From: Nanobdellota archaeon
Lineage (GTDB): Archaea; Nanobdellota; Nanobdellia; Pacearchaeales; GW2011-AR1
DNA: 64,000 nt
Assembly: GCA_028867075.1 (NCBI GenBank)
Contig: JAGWGZ010000001.1
Coordinates: 26,660 to 90,659 of the forward strand
Direction: 5' to 3'
The notes beneath the pieces were generated by a model. It did no database searches and was not told where the DNA came from. It saw only the letters and a program-made list of their open reading frames with translations. Position 1 is the first letter of the stretch. Each line of letters starts with the position of its first letter. Shown here piece by piece: positions 29,265 to 38,784 of this stretch. The translations under genes and the position numbers were made by a program.

Positions 29265-29345
29265 TAACTCGCAACCTTGCTCGTTGCGGATTTTGCAATT
29301 TTGTCTCGCAAAATTGCTCGGCTTAATTTTCCCTCAATGTAGCCT

Positions 29346-29885
29346 TTACGGCTTAACCCAATTTACTTCATAATAGGTAATGTCTCCTTCTTCATCCACA
29401 ATTGCTATCAGAAGTTTCTTCTTCGTTGAATGAGCAACACGGTTCTTTGCCGAGAATTCCTGCCAAGTGAATGTTTTTGATTCATAATCTGTGAAAGCGA
29501 CCCACTTTGAATGTTTGTCTCCCATCTTTGCCCCTTTTTCATAAATTCGGAATTCTGCGCCGAATTTAAGCGCTGTTTTTACAACGTATCCTTTTTCGCG
29601 AAGGTCCCTGAATACCGGATATTTCAATTGGATTTTTTTGTCAGATTTCTTGAATCGCTTCATCAGCCCGTCAAAAGAAATTTTCTTTCCCGAGGATAAT
29701 ACTTCTATTTTTCCTTTCTCAACAAGGAAGAGCGCTTCCGAGGGGGAATAGATAACCTTGCCCTCTTTTTTCTCGCCGAAGCTGCTTTTTTCATGAAGAG
29801 AGAATGCTTCAGATGAATTGCTGGAAACCTGCTCTCCGACAAGATAGGCCTGTATTCTTTCCATTTTTGAATAAGACAACAGCAA
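29346..29885 (-). CDS. endA: tRNA-splicing endonuclease catalytic subunit EndA
   Basis: 179 aa; conserved segments SPSEALFLVEKGKIEV, YPVFRDLREKGYVVKTALKFGAEFRIYEKG and the catalytic His region HSKWVA match archaeal EndA. Confidence 0.8.
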   Translation of the reverse strand: MLLSYSKMERIQAYLVGEQVSSNSSEAFSLHEKSSFGEKKEGKVIYSPSEALFLVEKGKIEVLSSGKKISFDGLMKRFKKSDKKIQLKYPVFRDLREKGYVVKTALKFGAEFRIYEKGAKMGDKHSKWVAFTDYESKTFTWQEFSAKNRVAHSTKKKLLIAIVDEEGDITYYEVNWVKP

Positions 29886-29901
29886 TATTTAAAAGTTTGT
29901 C

Positions 29902-32391
29902 GTGGTATTTTACATCATGGATTATAATTTCACTGCACTTGAAAAAAAATGGCAGAAAAGATGGGGTGAGAAAAAAATATTTGAGGTCAAAGAAGAGAAA
30001 AAAGGCAAAGAGAATTTTTACTGTCTTGAGATGTTTCCCTATCCTTCTTCCAGCGGGCTCCACATCGGGCATGCATTCAATTATACAATAGGGGATGTTT
30101 ATGCGAGATTTAAGAAAATGCAGGGGTTCAATGTTCTTCATCCTATGGGATATGATTCCTTCGGGCTTCCGGCAGAGAATGCAGCAATAAAATCGCATGC
30201 AGATCCGAAAGAATATACAGAAACAGCCATAAAGAATTTCATAAAACAGCAAAGGCTTCTCGGGCTCAGCTATGACTGGACGAGAGTTCTCATGACTCAC
30301 AAGCCTGATTATTACAAATGGGACCAATTTTTCTTTCTGAAACTTTTTGAGAAAGGTCTTGCTTATAGAAAAAAATCTCCGGTGAACTGGTGTCCAAAGT
30401 GCAACACTGTGCTTGCAAATGAGCAGGTTGTCAACGGGAAATGCTGGAGGCATCAGGATACAGACGTTGAAATAAGAAATCTTGAACAGTGGTTTGTCAA
30501 GACGACCGATTATGCAGAGGAACTCTTGGAGATGATAGAAAAACTGAACTGGCCCGAGCCCATTAAAATGATGCAGAGAAACTGGATTGGCAGAAGCGAG
30601 GGTGCAGAAGTTGTTTTTGATATTGACGGGGACAAGTGGCCTGTTTTCACGACGAGACCAGATACCATCTTTGGAGTCAGCTTCGTTGTTATCTCACTCC
30701 AGCATCCAAGGCTGATGCAATTAGTCTCACCCGACAGAAAAAAGGAAGTTGAAAAATTCCTGAAGAAAATGAAATCGGTAAAGCAGGAAGACCTGGACAA
30801 GATGGAAAAAGAAGGAGTCTTTATCGGAAGATATGCGAAAAATCCTATGACTAATGAAAAGGTTCCTGTTTATGCCGGAAATTTTGTTGTTGCAGATTAC
30901 GGAAGCGGAATGGTAATGGGCGTGCCTGCCCATGACCAGAGAGATTTTGATTTTGCAGTGAAGTATGGGCTGCCTATGAAGGCTGTAATCGAGCCCAGGG
31001 ATTTTGAAATTTATGAAAGAAACGGACAGCTTCCAAGCGCTTATGAAGGCGATGGGGAGCTGATAAATTCCGGCGAATTCACGGGAATGAACAACAGAAA
31101 GGTTATTGCAGAGATAACAAAATATTTGGATAAAAAGAAACTTGGAAAAGTGCAGGTTCAGTTCAAGATGAGGGACTGGCTTGTCAGCAGGCAGAGATAT
31201 TGGGGCGCCCCGATTCCAATAGTCTATTGCAATGATTGCGGAATTGTTCCTGTTCCTGAAAAAGACCTCCCCGTTCTTCTTCCTGCGAAGGTAGAATTCG
31301 GCATCGGAAATCCTCTTGAGACAAATGAAAAATTTGTGAATGTAAAATGCCCGAAATGCGGCATGAAAGCCAGAAGAGAAACAGACACTATGGATACTTT
31401 TTTTGATTCCAGCTGGTATTTTCTCAGATTCTGCGATCCGCAAAATTCCAAAAAGCCTTTTGATTTTAATAGGGCAATGTACTGGAACCCGGTTGACTTT
31501 TACACCGGGGGGGCCGAGCATGCAGTCATGCATTTGATGTATGCGAGATTTTTTACAAAAGCCCTCCGCGATCTTGGATTCATTGAAATGGATGAGCCAT
31601 TTACACGGCTCTTCAACCAGGGAATGATTCACGGTGAGGACGGATTTGTGATGTCAAAGTCCAGAGGGAATGTCGTAAATCCCATTGACATGATTGAAAA
31701 ATATGGTGCTGATGCATTGAGGCTTGCACTGGTTTCCTTTGCCTCTCCAGACAAAGACACTAATTGGGATGAAAATGTGCTCAACGGGAATTTTAAATTC
31801 CTCCGGAAATTGTTCTCTTATTTCAACGCTGTAAAAAAATTCTCAAAATCAGACGAGCGAATGGACAGCAAGATTAACAGGGCTGTAAAAAATGTCACCG
31901 ACTTCATAGAAAGCATGAAGTATAATTATGCAATCATCGAGATAAGGAATCTGTTCAATTCTTTTCCAGACCAGACAAGCAGGGAAAACCTTGAAAAATT
32001 CCTGAAATTAATCTCTCCTTTCTGCCCGCATATTGCGGAAGAGTTCTGGGAGAAGATGGGAAACAAGAATTTCATTTCTGTTTCTTCCTGGCCTAAGGCT
32101 GATGAGAGCAGAATTAATGAGGGTTTTGAGATGGAAGAGAAAATAGTGGAAAGGCTGGCAGAAGATATCAAGTCCGTGAAGAACCTTATTTCAAAAAGAG
32201 AGAAGCCCGGTGCAGCTTATGTATATGTTATACCGAATGAGAAGAAAGTATTTGAAGACAATCTTGATAACTTGGAGAAAAAAACTCAGATCCATGTAAA
32301 GATTTATTCTGTAAGTGATAAAGACAAACACGATCCCCTGGGAAAATCAAAGAAAGCAAAGCCCGGAAAACCCGCGATTTATCTGGAATAG
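29902..32391 (+). CDS. leuS: leucyl-tRNA synthetase, bacterial-type
   Basis: HIGH variant HIGHAFNY, KMSKS variant VMSKSRGN, bacterial-type segment HPMGYDSFGLPAENAA; 829 aa. Confidence 0.9.
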   Translation: MVFYIMDYNFTALEKKWQKRWGEKKIFEVKEEKKGKENFYCLEMFPYPSSSGLHIGHAFNYTIGDVYARFKKMQGFNVLHPMGYDSFGLPAENAAIKSHADPKEYTETAIKNFIKQQRLLGLSYDWTRVLMTHKPDYYKWDQFFFLKLFEKGLAYRKKSPVNWCPKCNTVLANEQVVNGKCWRHQDTDVEIRNLEQWFVKTTDYAEELLEMIEKLNWPEPIKMMQRNWIGRSEGAEVVFDIDGDKWPVFTTRPDTIFGVSFVVISLQHPRLMQLVSPDRKKEVEKFLKKMKSVKQEDLDKMEKEGVFIGRYAKNPMTNEKVPVYAGNFVVADYGSGMVMGVPAHDQRDFDFAVKYGLPMKAVIEPRDFEIYERNGQLPSAYEGDGELINSGEFTGMNNRKVIAEITKYLDKKKLGKVQVQFKMRDWLVSRQRYWGAPIPIVYCNDCGIVPVPEKDLPVLLPAKVEFGIGNPLETNEKFVNVKCPKCGMKARRETDTMDTFFDSSWYFLRFCDPQNSKKPFDFNRAMYWNPVDFYTGGAEHAVMHLMYARFFTKALRDLGFIEMDEPFTRLFNQGMIHGEDGFVMSKSRGNVVNPIDMIEKYGADALRLALVSFASPDKDTNWDENVLNGNFKFLRKLFSYFNAVKKFSKSDERMDSKINRAVKNVTDFIESMKYNYAIIEIRNLFNSFPDQTSRENLEKFLKLISPFCPHIAEEFWEKMGNKNFISVSSWPKADESRINEGFEMEEKIVERLAEDIKSVKNLISKREKPGAAYVYVIPNEKKVFEDNLDNLEKKTQIHVKIYSVSDKDKHDPLGKSKKAKPGKPAIYLE

Positions 32392-32426
32392 GATAGGTTT
32401 TTATAATTATTTTAACTGGATTTCAT

Positions 32427-33491
32427 ATGCTCGGCAATAAAAGAGGGGAACTTGGGATAAAACAATTTCTCATAATCCTTGCGAGCGCAATCATACTCTG
32501 GATTGCTGTCGTCCTGATATTCATCCTGCCCGGTCAAAACCGTTCATTTTATACTTCAGGAGTGCCGACGTGCGGTGATGGGAGTTTCTACAATACCTGT
32601 TCCCTTGACAAGCCCTATTACTGCAGCAGAGGAATTTTAGTCGCAAACCCTCTTGCATGCGGATGCCCTGATTCTCTGACCAAATCTGGAAATTCCTGCA
32701 CATCAAAATACCAAACTAATCAGAGTAGCATGGTCTTTCATTATGTTCTCAATGGAAGGAACATGAGCGTAAACTATACACTGTATGGCGGGTTTGCAGA
32801 TTATCTCTCGACTCTTCCAGATTCAATCACATATACCGACGGGCAACAGCCGCAAAAGTCTGATTTCGTCCTCATGAAACTGAATAATCCAATTCAGCAG
32901 GCATTTATTGAGCCTCTTGTGAAGCAAATAGAAAATCTGGCCCCGACAGACAAGGTTACCCAAGCCAGAATAGCGATTAGCTTAGTGCAGAATATCCCGT
33001 GGGGCTCTTCAGGAAAAACAGTTAACTTTGGTGCAGGAGCTGTTAACTATTCAAGGTATCCCTATGAAGTCCTGTATGATAATCAGGGTTTGTGCGGAGA
33101 GAAATCAGAACTTTTGGTTTTTCTATTGAGAGATTTGGGATACGGAACCGCGCTTTTTTATTATCCCCAGGAAAATCATGAAACAGCCGGCATAAAATGT
33201 CCTGTTCAGGAGAGCGTGGGCGGAACAGGATACTGTTTTATTGAGGCAAGCGGCCCGGCAATATTGTCAGATGACTCTTTAGTCTATGTTGGGGGAGTGA
33301 CCCTCAGCGAATCTCCGGAGGTTGTTTTGATTTCAGACGGAATTTCTCTGCCAGATAATCTGCCCGAGTACAATGATGCGCGCACTCTTGAAAGCCTTAG
33401 TGGCAGAAGCTGGCTTGATCCGATATCTTCTGCAAAATTGAGCCAACTTGAGCAGAAATATGGCCTGGGCCAGGCTTATAAAATTGATTAA
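32427..33491 (+). CDS. membrane-anchored transglutaminase-like (Cys protease fold) protein with Cys-rich extracellular region
   Basis: N-terminal TM; GLCGEKSELLVFLLRDLGYGTALFY matches the transglutaminase-like core Cys motif with a downstream His (HETAGI). Confidence 0.55.
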   Translation: MLGNKRGELGIKQFLIILASAIILWIAVVLIFILPGQNRSFYTSGVPTCGDGSFYNTCSLDKPYYCSRGILVANPLACGCPDSLTKSGNSCTSKYQTNQSSMVFHYVLNGRNMSVNYTLYGGFADYLSTLPDSITYTDGQQPQKSDFVLMKLNNPIQQAFIEPLVKQIENLAPTDKVTQARIAISLVQNIPWGSSGKTVNFGAGAVNYSRYPYEVLYDNQGLCGEKSELLVFLLRDLGYGTALFYYPQENHETAGIKCPVQESVGGTGYCFIEASGPAILSDDSLVYVGGVTLSESPEVVLISDGISLPDNLPEYNDARTLESLSGRSWLDPISSAKLSQLEQKYGLGQAYKID

Positions 33492-33620
33492 TTCCCTCTT
33501 TGAAAATACAAAAGATTTTTAAAAAAGACAGATTTTATAGAAAAAAGAGGATGAGAAATAAATTCTTCAAGATACAAAATGCGATTATTCATCGCGAAGG
33601 AAAAAAAGGGATTTAGCACA

Positions 33621-34604
33621 ATGAAAGTTGCAATTAACGGATTGGGGAGGATTGGAAGGCTTGTTCTGAAAAGTGGTCTGGACGAAGGGGTGAATTTTGT
33701 CGCTATAAATGACCTTACCGATCCAAAAACATTGGCTTACCTGATCAAGTATGATTCTGTTTACGGAAGATATGATAAAGAGGTTGAAGCTGGAAAAGAT
33801 TTCATAAAGATAGGGAACAAAAAGATCATGATCCTGTCTGAGAAAGAACCGGCAAGTCTTCCATGGAAGAAACTTGGAGTTGACCTTGTTGTTGAGTCCA
33901 CTGGATTTTTCACAGATCGGGAAGGAGCAAGCAAGCATCTTCAGGCAGGAGCTAAAAGAGTTGTCATCTCTGCGCCGGCAAAAGAACCGGACATTACTAT
34001 CGTTCCGGGAGTTAATGATGAATTATTGAAGAGCAGCCATAAAATAATTTCAATGGCGAGCTGCACAACAAACGGGCTCGCACCTGTTGCGAAAGTCCTT
34101 GAAGACGAATTTGGGATAGTAAAAGCTTTCATGACCACAGCACATGCTTATACCGCAGACCAGCATCTTGTTGATTCGCCGCATAAAAAAATGAGACGCG
34201 GGCGCGCCGCTGCCGCAAATATTGTTCCGACGACATCAGGAGCCACAGGGGCAGTTGCAGAGGTGATTCCAACTCTTAAAGGAAAGATGACCGGGCTTGC
34301 GCTCAGAGTTCCCGTTCCAAGCGGGAGCATTGTTGACTTTGTGGCGGAACTTGAAAGAGAAGTCACAAAAGATGAGGTCAATAAGGTCCTGAAGAAGGCC
34401 GCATCTTCGGGAAGATTAAAAGGGATAATGAAATACACAGAAGACGAAATCGTTTCTTCAGATATTGTCGGGGAAACTCATTCATCAATTGTAGACGGGC
34501 TTTCCACGCAAACTATCGGGAACATGGTCAAAGTCTTAGCATGGTATGACAATGAATTCGGTTATGCTCACAGACTTGCAGGATTTTTGAAAAAATTAGG
34601 ATAA
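33621..34604 (+). CDS. gap: glyceraldehyde-3-phosphate dehydrogenase, type I (bacterial/eukaryotic-like)
   Basis: INGLGRIGR NAD-binding motif, active site ASCTTNGLAP; likely start at MKVAING (33621). Confidence 0.9.
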   Translation: MKVAINGLGRIGRLVLKSGLDEGVNFVAINDLTDPKTLAYLIKYDSVYGRYDKEVEAGKDFIKIGNKKIMILSEKEPASLPWKKLGVDLVVESTGFFTDREGASKHLQAGAKRVVISAPAKEPDITIVPGVNDELLKSSHKIISMASCTTNGLAPVAKVLEDEFGIVKAFMTTAHAYTADQHLVDSPHKKMRRGRAAAANIVPTTSGATGAVAEVIPTLKGKMTGLALRVPVPSGSIVDFVAELEREVTKDEVNKVLKKAASSGRLKGIMKYTEDEIVSSDIVGETHSSIVDGLSTQTIGNMVKVLAWYDNEFGYAHRLAGFLKKLG

Positions 34605-34617
34605 TTCTCATATTCAG

Positions 34618-35772
34618 ATGGAATCAATATCGAAAGCAGATGTGAAAAACAAGATTATTTTGCTTCGCGAGGATTTAAACTCAGATGTTGAAAAGGGTAA
34701 AGTAGTTATGTCTGAAAGGATAAAACAGAGCGCAGAGACGATAAAAGCGCTCCAGAAAAGAGGCGCGAAGATTGTAGTTATTGCACACCAGGGCAGGCCA
34801 GGTAAGGGGGACTTCACCTCTCTTGAACAGCATGCGAAGCTGCTTAACAGGTATGTGAAAATAAAATTTATCCAGGACATAATCGGGAAAAAGGCGGAGA
34901 ATGCAATAAAAGGATTGGGAAATGGTGATGCAATACTTCTTGATAACATAAGAAAACTAAGGGATGAAACGGATTTTACAAAAAAAGATTTTGTTTCCAG
35001 ATTATCGGGATGGTGCGACATCTATGTCAATGACGCATTTTCAGTCTGCCACAGAAAACAGGCTTCTATTGTAAGTTTTCCCCGGCACATGAAAAGTTTT
35101 GCAGGCCCTCTGCTGATGAAAGAAACCAATGCACTGAAAAGGATAAATCTGAAGAACTGCCTTTATATCTTAGCAGGAGCGAAGCCCGAGGACAACATAA
35201 TGCTTATGAGGAAGAATAAGGTTCTTGCATGCGGTTTGTTTGGACAGATGTGCCTTGTTGCTCTTGGAAAGAATTTAGGAGCGCAGAATGCATACCTCAA
35301 AAAAAATATTTCCGATTATGGGAAATCAATAAAGAGCTTGAAGAACAGACTGGGTAAAATGAAGAACCTTGTGAAATTGCCTGTTGATTTTGCAGTAATG
35401 GATGAGAGGAGGAACAGGAAAGAGATTCCGCTGGAGAATTTTCCGAGCAAGTATGAAATTTATGACATCGGGAAAAGAACGCAGAATATTTTTGCAGGTG
35501 AGATCAAGAAAGCAAAATCAATTTATATGAAAGGCCCTGTCGGATACTATTCTGATTCTAAGTTCTTCAAAGGAACATATGCAATTTTAAAAGCAATCTC
35601 AGAGAGCAGAGCGTTTTCTGTTCTTGGCGGCGGGCAATTGAGTGATGCAATTACAAAATCAGGTATTTCCCCGAAAAAATTCGGGCATATCAGCCTTTCC
35701 GGAGGGGCTCTTTTGCAGTATCTTGCAGGAAAAAGACTTCCCGGACTTCAAGCATTGGGATTCTATAAATGA
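34618..35772 (+). CDS. pgk: phosphoglycerate kinase (archaeal type)
   Basis: LREDLNS...AHQGRPGKGD N-terminal motif and 384 aa length; glycolytic neighbourhood. Confidence 0.85.
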   Translation: MESISKADVKNKIILLREDLNSDVEKGKVVMSERIKQSAETIKALQKRGAKIVVIAHQGRPGKGDFTSLEQHAKLLNRYVKIKFIQDIIGKKAENAIKGLGNGDAILLDNIRKLRDETDFTKKDFVSRLSGWCDIYVNDAFSVCHRKQASIVSFPRHMKSFAGPLLMKETNALKRINLKNCLYILAGAKPEDNIMLMRKNKVLACGLFGQMCLVALGKNLGAQNAYLKKNISDYGKSIKSLKNRLGKMKNLVKLPVDFAVMDERRNRKEIPLENFPSKYEIYDIGKRTQNIFAGEIKKAKSIYMKGPVGYYSDSKFFKGTYAILKAISESRAFSVLGGGQLSDAITKSGISPKKFGHISLSGGALLQYLAGKRLPGLQALGFYK

Positions 35773-35820
35773 AAAGGTTTTTAATTTTGCATGGGCTATT
35801 CATGATGTACAAGAGGTAAA

Positions 35821-36726
35821 ATGAAGAAATTTGATGTCGTGACGTTTGGTTCTGCTGTTATTGATATATTTGTAGATACAGATGTGAGAGAGAAAGGAAA
35901 GTTCATGGCTTATCCTGTGGGCAGCAAGATTCTTGTCAGGAACATGAAGTTTAATATCGGCGGAGGCGGAACAAATGCGGCTGTTGCTTTTTCAAGACTT
36001 GGATTGAGAACAGGATATATCGGAAAGCTGGATGCGGATTTCGGCGGAAGAAAGATAACTGAAATGCTGAAGAGGGAGAACATTGAATTTTTGGGGAAAA
36101 TGGAAAAGAACCCTGATATTGTTGGCGGGTATTCCATAATCCTTGACAGCAGGGAAAATGATCGGACAATCCTCACTTACAAAGGGGTCAATGATGATGT
36201 TGGTTTTTCAGACGCAGAGCATGATTTTAAAACAAAATGGTTTTATGTGTCCTCATCAATCGGCGAAAGTTTCAGGACGGTGAAAAGACTGGCAGAATCA
36301 ATGCATAAACACGGCGTGAAAATTGCATTTAATCCAAGCGAGTACATGATAAAGAATGAAAATCTGAAGGACTTCCTGAAAATATGCGACATTATAAGCC
36401 TAAACAAAGAGGAGGCTGAACTTTTAACGAAGAAAAGAGATTTGCTCTTCGGCCTGCATGAACTTGGTCCCAGAATCGTTGTTATCACAAACAAGGACAA
36501 AGAGATTACTGCATATGATGGAATAAGAAAATACGAGCTGGTTCCCCACAAGATAAAAATTGCAGAGCGAACAGGGGCAGGGGATGCCTTTGCATCAGGA
36601 TTTGTTGCCGGGCAGATAACCGGAAAATCTGTTGAAGACAGCCTGAGATTTGGGCTGGAAGAGTCTGAGTCAGTCATAAAACACAGGGGAGCAAAAATCG
36701 GATTGATAAGGAGGAAGTTGAAATGA
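35821..36726 (+). CDS. PfkB/ribokinase-family carbohydrate kinase
   Basis: GGGGTNAAVAFSRLG and C-terminal GAGDAFASGF motifs of the PfkB family. Confidence 0.7.
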   Translation: MKKFDVVTFGSAVIDIFVDTDVREKGKFMAYPVGSKILVRNMKFNIGGGGTNAAVAFSRLGLRTGYIGKLDADFGGRKITEMLKRENIEFLGKMEKNPDIVGGYSIILDSRENDRTILTYKGVNDDVGFSDAEHDFKTKWFYVSSSIGESFRTVKRLAESMHKHGVKIAFNPSEYMIKNENLKDFLKICDIISLNKEEAELLTKKRDLLFGLHELGPRIVVITNKDKEITAYDGIRKYELVPHKIKIAERTGAGDAFASGFVAGQITGKSVEDSLRFGLEESESVIKHRGAKIGLIRRKLK

Positions 36727-36959
36727 GATTTAATAATGAGATAAAACTTCTTGAAGAATTAGCAAAATTAGAACATCAACAATGGGCTCATTGGACTACA
36801 TATCTACTAAATAATCTTACAAAAGAAAATATTAAGAAATGGACAAAGCAGATTAAGACACCCTACCCAAAACTTTCTGAAAAGGAAAAAGAATCGGACA
36901 GGGAGTGGGGTAAGAAAGTGCTGGAAATAATTAAACAAAAGAATAATCTTGGGCTATAA
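36723..36959 (+). CDS. hypothetical small protein
   Basis: 78-aa ORF overlapping the kinase stop by 4 nt; no motif. Confidence 0.3.
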   Translation: MRFNNEIKLLEELAKLEHQQWAHWTTYLLNNLTKENIKKWTKQIKTPYPKLSEKEKESDREWGKKVLEIIKQKNNLGL

Positions 36960-36962
36960 CTT

Positions 36963-37970
36963 ATGAAAATTGCGTTCTTTGAGATGAAGGAGAAATGGGA
37001 AATAGAATACATGAAAAAACATCTGAAGAATCACAGGCTATTCTTCTTTAGCGGAGAACTCAACAAGAATAATGCAAAAAATTTCAGGGATTTTGACATA
37101 ATCTCCATTTTCATTTACTCAAATATAACTCCGGACGTTATTTCTGAATTAAAAAAGACCAAGGCAATTATAACGCGTTCCACAGGCTTCGACCATGTTG
37201 ACATTAAATCATGCGACCGGAATAAAATAAAAGTTTACAATGTTCCAAGATACGGCAGCAACACCGTTGCGGAATACGCCTTTGCCTTGGTGCTTGCACT
37301 GGCAAGGAAGATAATAAGGAGCAATGAACGAGTCAGAAACCTGGATTTTAGTCTTGATGGATTAAGGGGGATGGACATCAAAGGGAAAACTCTTGGTATT
37401 GTGGGACTTGGCGAAATAGGGGCATGCGTTGCAGAAATTGCGAGAGGATTCGGGATGAATATTCTTGTTTCAACTAAGATAAAAGATCCCAAAACCGCGA
37501 AGTCTCTTGGATTCAGGTATGTCAATTTCAACTATCTTCTGAAGAATTCCGATATAATAACATTCCATGTTCCGCTCCTGCCCTCAACAAAACACATGCT
37601 TAATTCCGGAAACATCAATCTTGTGAAAAAAGGGGCTTTGCTGATAAACACCTCGCGAGGGGAAGTTATTGAAACGGAAACGGTAATAAAAGCATTGAAT
37701 AGAGGAATAATCTCGGGAGCTGCTATGGACGTTCTTGAGGGCGAGGAACTGATAAAAGACGAGAGAGAATTATTATTTAAGCAACACTCGCATGAGGAAC
37801 TTAAAGCTGCATTGGAGGAAAGTGTTCTGGCAGAACATGAGAATGTGATAATCACCCCACACAATGCCTTTAACACACAAGAGGCACTGCAGAGGATTCT
37901 TGATGTGACAATTCAGGATGTAAGATTTGCAATTCAAAACAAAAAGGAGAATACTGTGAAATGCGAGTGA
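36963..37970 (+). CDS. D-isomer-specific 2-hydroxyacid dehydrogenase (NAD-binding)
   Basis: GKTLGIVGLGEIG Rossmann motif, catalytic R...E...H layout (SRG, HNAFNT); 335 aa. Confidence 0.75.
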   Translation: MKIAFFEMKEKWEIEYMKKHLKNHRLFFFSGELNKNNAKNFRDFDIISIFIYSNITPDVISELKKTKAIITRSTGFDHVDIKSCDRNKIKVYNVPRYGSNTVAEYAFALVLALARKIIRSNERVRNLDFSLDGLRGMDIKGKTLGIVGLGEIGACVAEIARGFGMNILVSTKIKDPKTAKSLGFRYVNFNYLLKNSDIITFHVPLLPSTKHMLNSGNINLVKKGALLINTSRGEVIETETVIKALNRGIISGAAMDVLEGEELIKDERELLFKQHSHEELKAALEESVLAEHENVIITPHNAFNTQEALQRILDVTIQDVRFAIQNKKENTVKCE

Positions 37971-38713
37971 ATCTCGGGAAAATAATGAAAAACGGAAAAG
38001 CAATGTTTCTTGCTTACGACCACGGATTGGAACACGGGCCGATAGAATTCAATGACAAAGACGCAAACCCGGAGTATATAATTGATATTGCGAAGAAAGG
38101 AAAATACAATGCATTGATTTTTCAGAAGGGAATCGCGGAGAAATACAATGAGAAAATAAAAAAGTCGAAAATTCCTTTGATAATAAAACTCAATGGAAAA
38201 ACAAATTTGTTTCAGGGCGAGCCTGTTTCGAGGCAGATTTGCAGCGTCAAAGAAGCTCTGGACTTGGGAGCGAAAGCTGTGGGTTATACGATTTATATCG
38301 GAAGCAGATATGAATCTGTTATGCTGAAAGAATTTGATTCAATCGAGGAAGAGGCACATGCAAAGGGTATTCCGGTAATTGCATGGATTTATCCGCGTGG
38401 AAAAAGCGTTGAGAAAAAGCCAGGAGGAGAATTGATGGCTTATGCTGCGCGAACGGGTCTGGAAATTGGAGCAGATATAATAAAAATAAAATACAACGGA
38501 AATGTAAAAGACTTGAAATGGGCAGTTAAAGTCGCCGGAAAGACACAAGTCATGATTGCTGGCGGCGTCCATGAAGACGAGAAGATTTTTCTGAAGCAGG
38601 TTAAGGAGATAATCAACGCTGGCGCAGCAGGCCTCGCAGTGGGAAGAAATATTTGGCAGTCTGGAAATCCGGTAGAACTCTCAGGTAAAATAAAAAGAAT
38701 GATTTGGGATTAA
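37961..38713 (+). CDS. class I fructose-bisphosphate aldolase, archaeal DhnA type
   Basis: 250 aa; N-terminal LAYDHGLEHGP pattern and length of archaeal FbaB/DhnA aldolases; sits in the glycolysis cluster. Confidence 0.65.
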   Translation: MRVNLGKIMKNGKAMFLAYDHGLEHGPIEFNDKDANPEYIIDIAKKGKYNALIFQKGIAEKYNEKIKKSKIPLIIKLNGKTNLFQGEPVSRQICSVKEALDLGAKAVGYTIYIGSRYESVMLKEFDSIEEEAHAKGIPVIAWIYPRGKSVEKKPGGELMAYAARTGLEIGADIIKIKYNGNVKDLKWAVKVAGKTQVMIAGGVHEDEKIFLKQVKEIINAGAAGLAVGRNIWQSGNPVELSGKIKRMIWD

Positions 38714-38784
38714 TGGACTTGCCGAGAATCGGACTCGGATCTTCCGGCTGCGAACCGAATATAATGCCATTATACTACAAGCCC
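38714..38784 (-). tRNA. tRNA-Ala (anticodon CGC) with G3-U70
   Basis: Reverse complement: acceptor GGGCTTG/CAAGTCC (G3-U70 Ala identity pair) plus A73; anticodon stem TTCGG/CCGGA with loop TTCGCAG; T-arm CCGAG-TCCGATT-CTCGG (non-canonical loop); weak D-stem. Confidence 0.65.

Noticed and set aside
30727-31632. 301-aa minus-strand ORF inside leuS, plus similar antisense ORFs inside ftsY (3940-5055), the giant protein, alaS, gatE and proS
   Set aside because: These are antisense shadow ORFs within strongly supported genes; no motifs.
38714-38760. Apparent orphan 3' tRNA half (T-arm plus acceptor) suggesting a Nanoarchaeum-style split tRNA gene
   Set aside because: Extending the reverse complement upstream recovers a contiguous 5' acceptor strand GGGCTTG, D-arm and anticodon arm. 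The gene is an intact 71-nt tRNA-Ala, not a split half.
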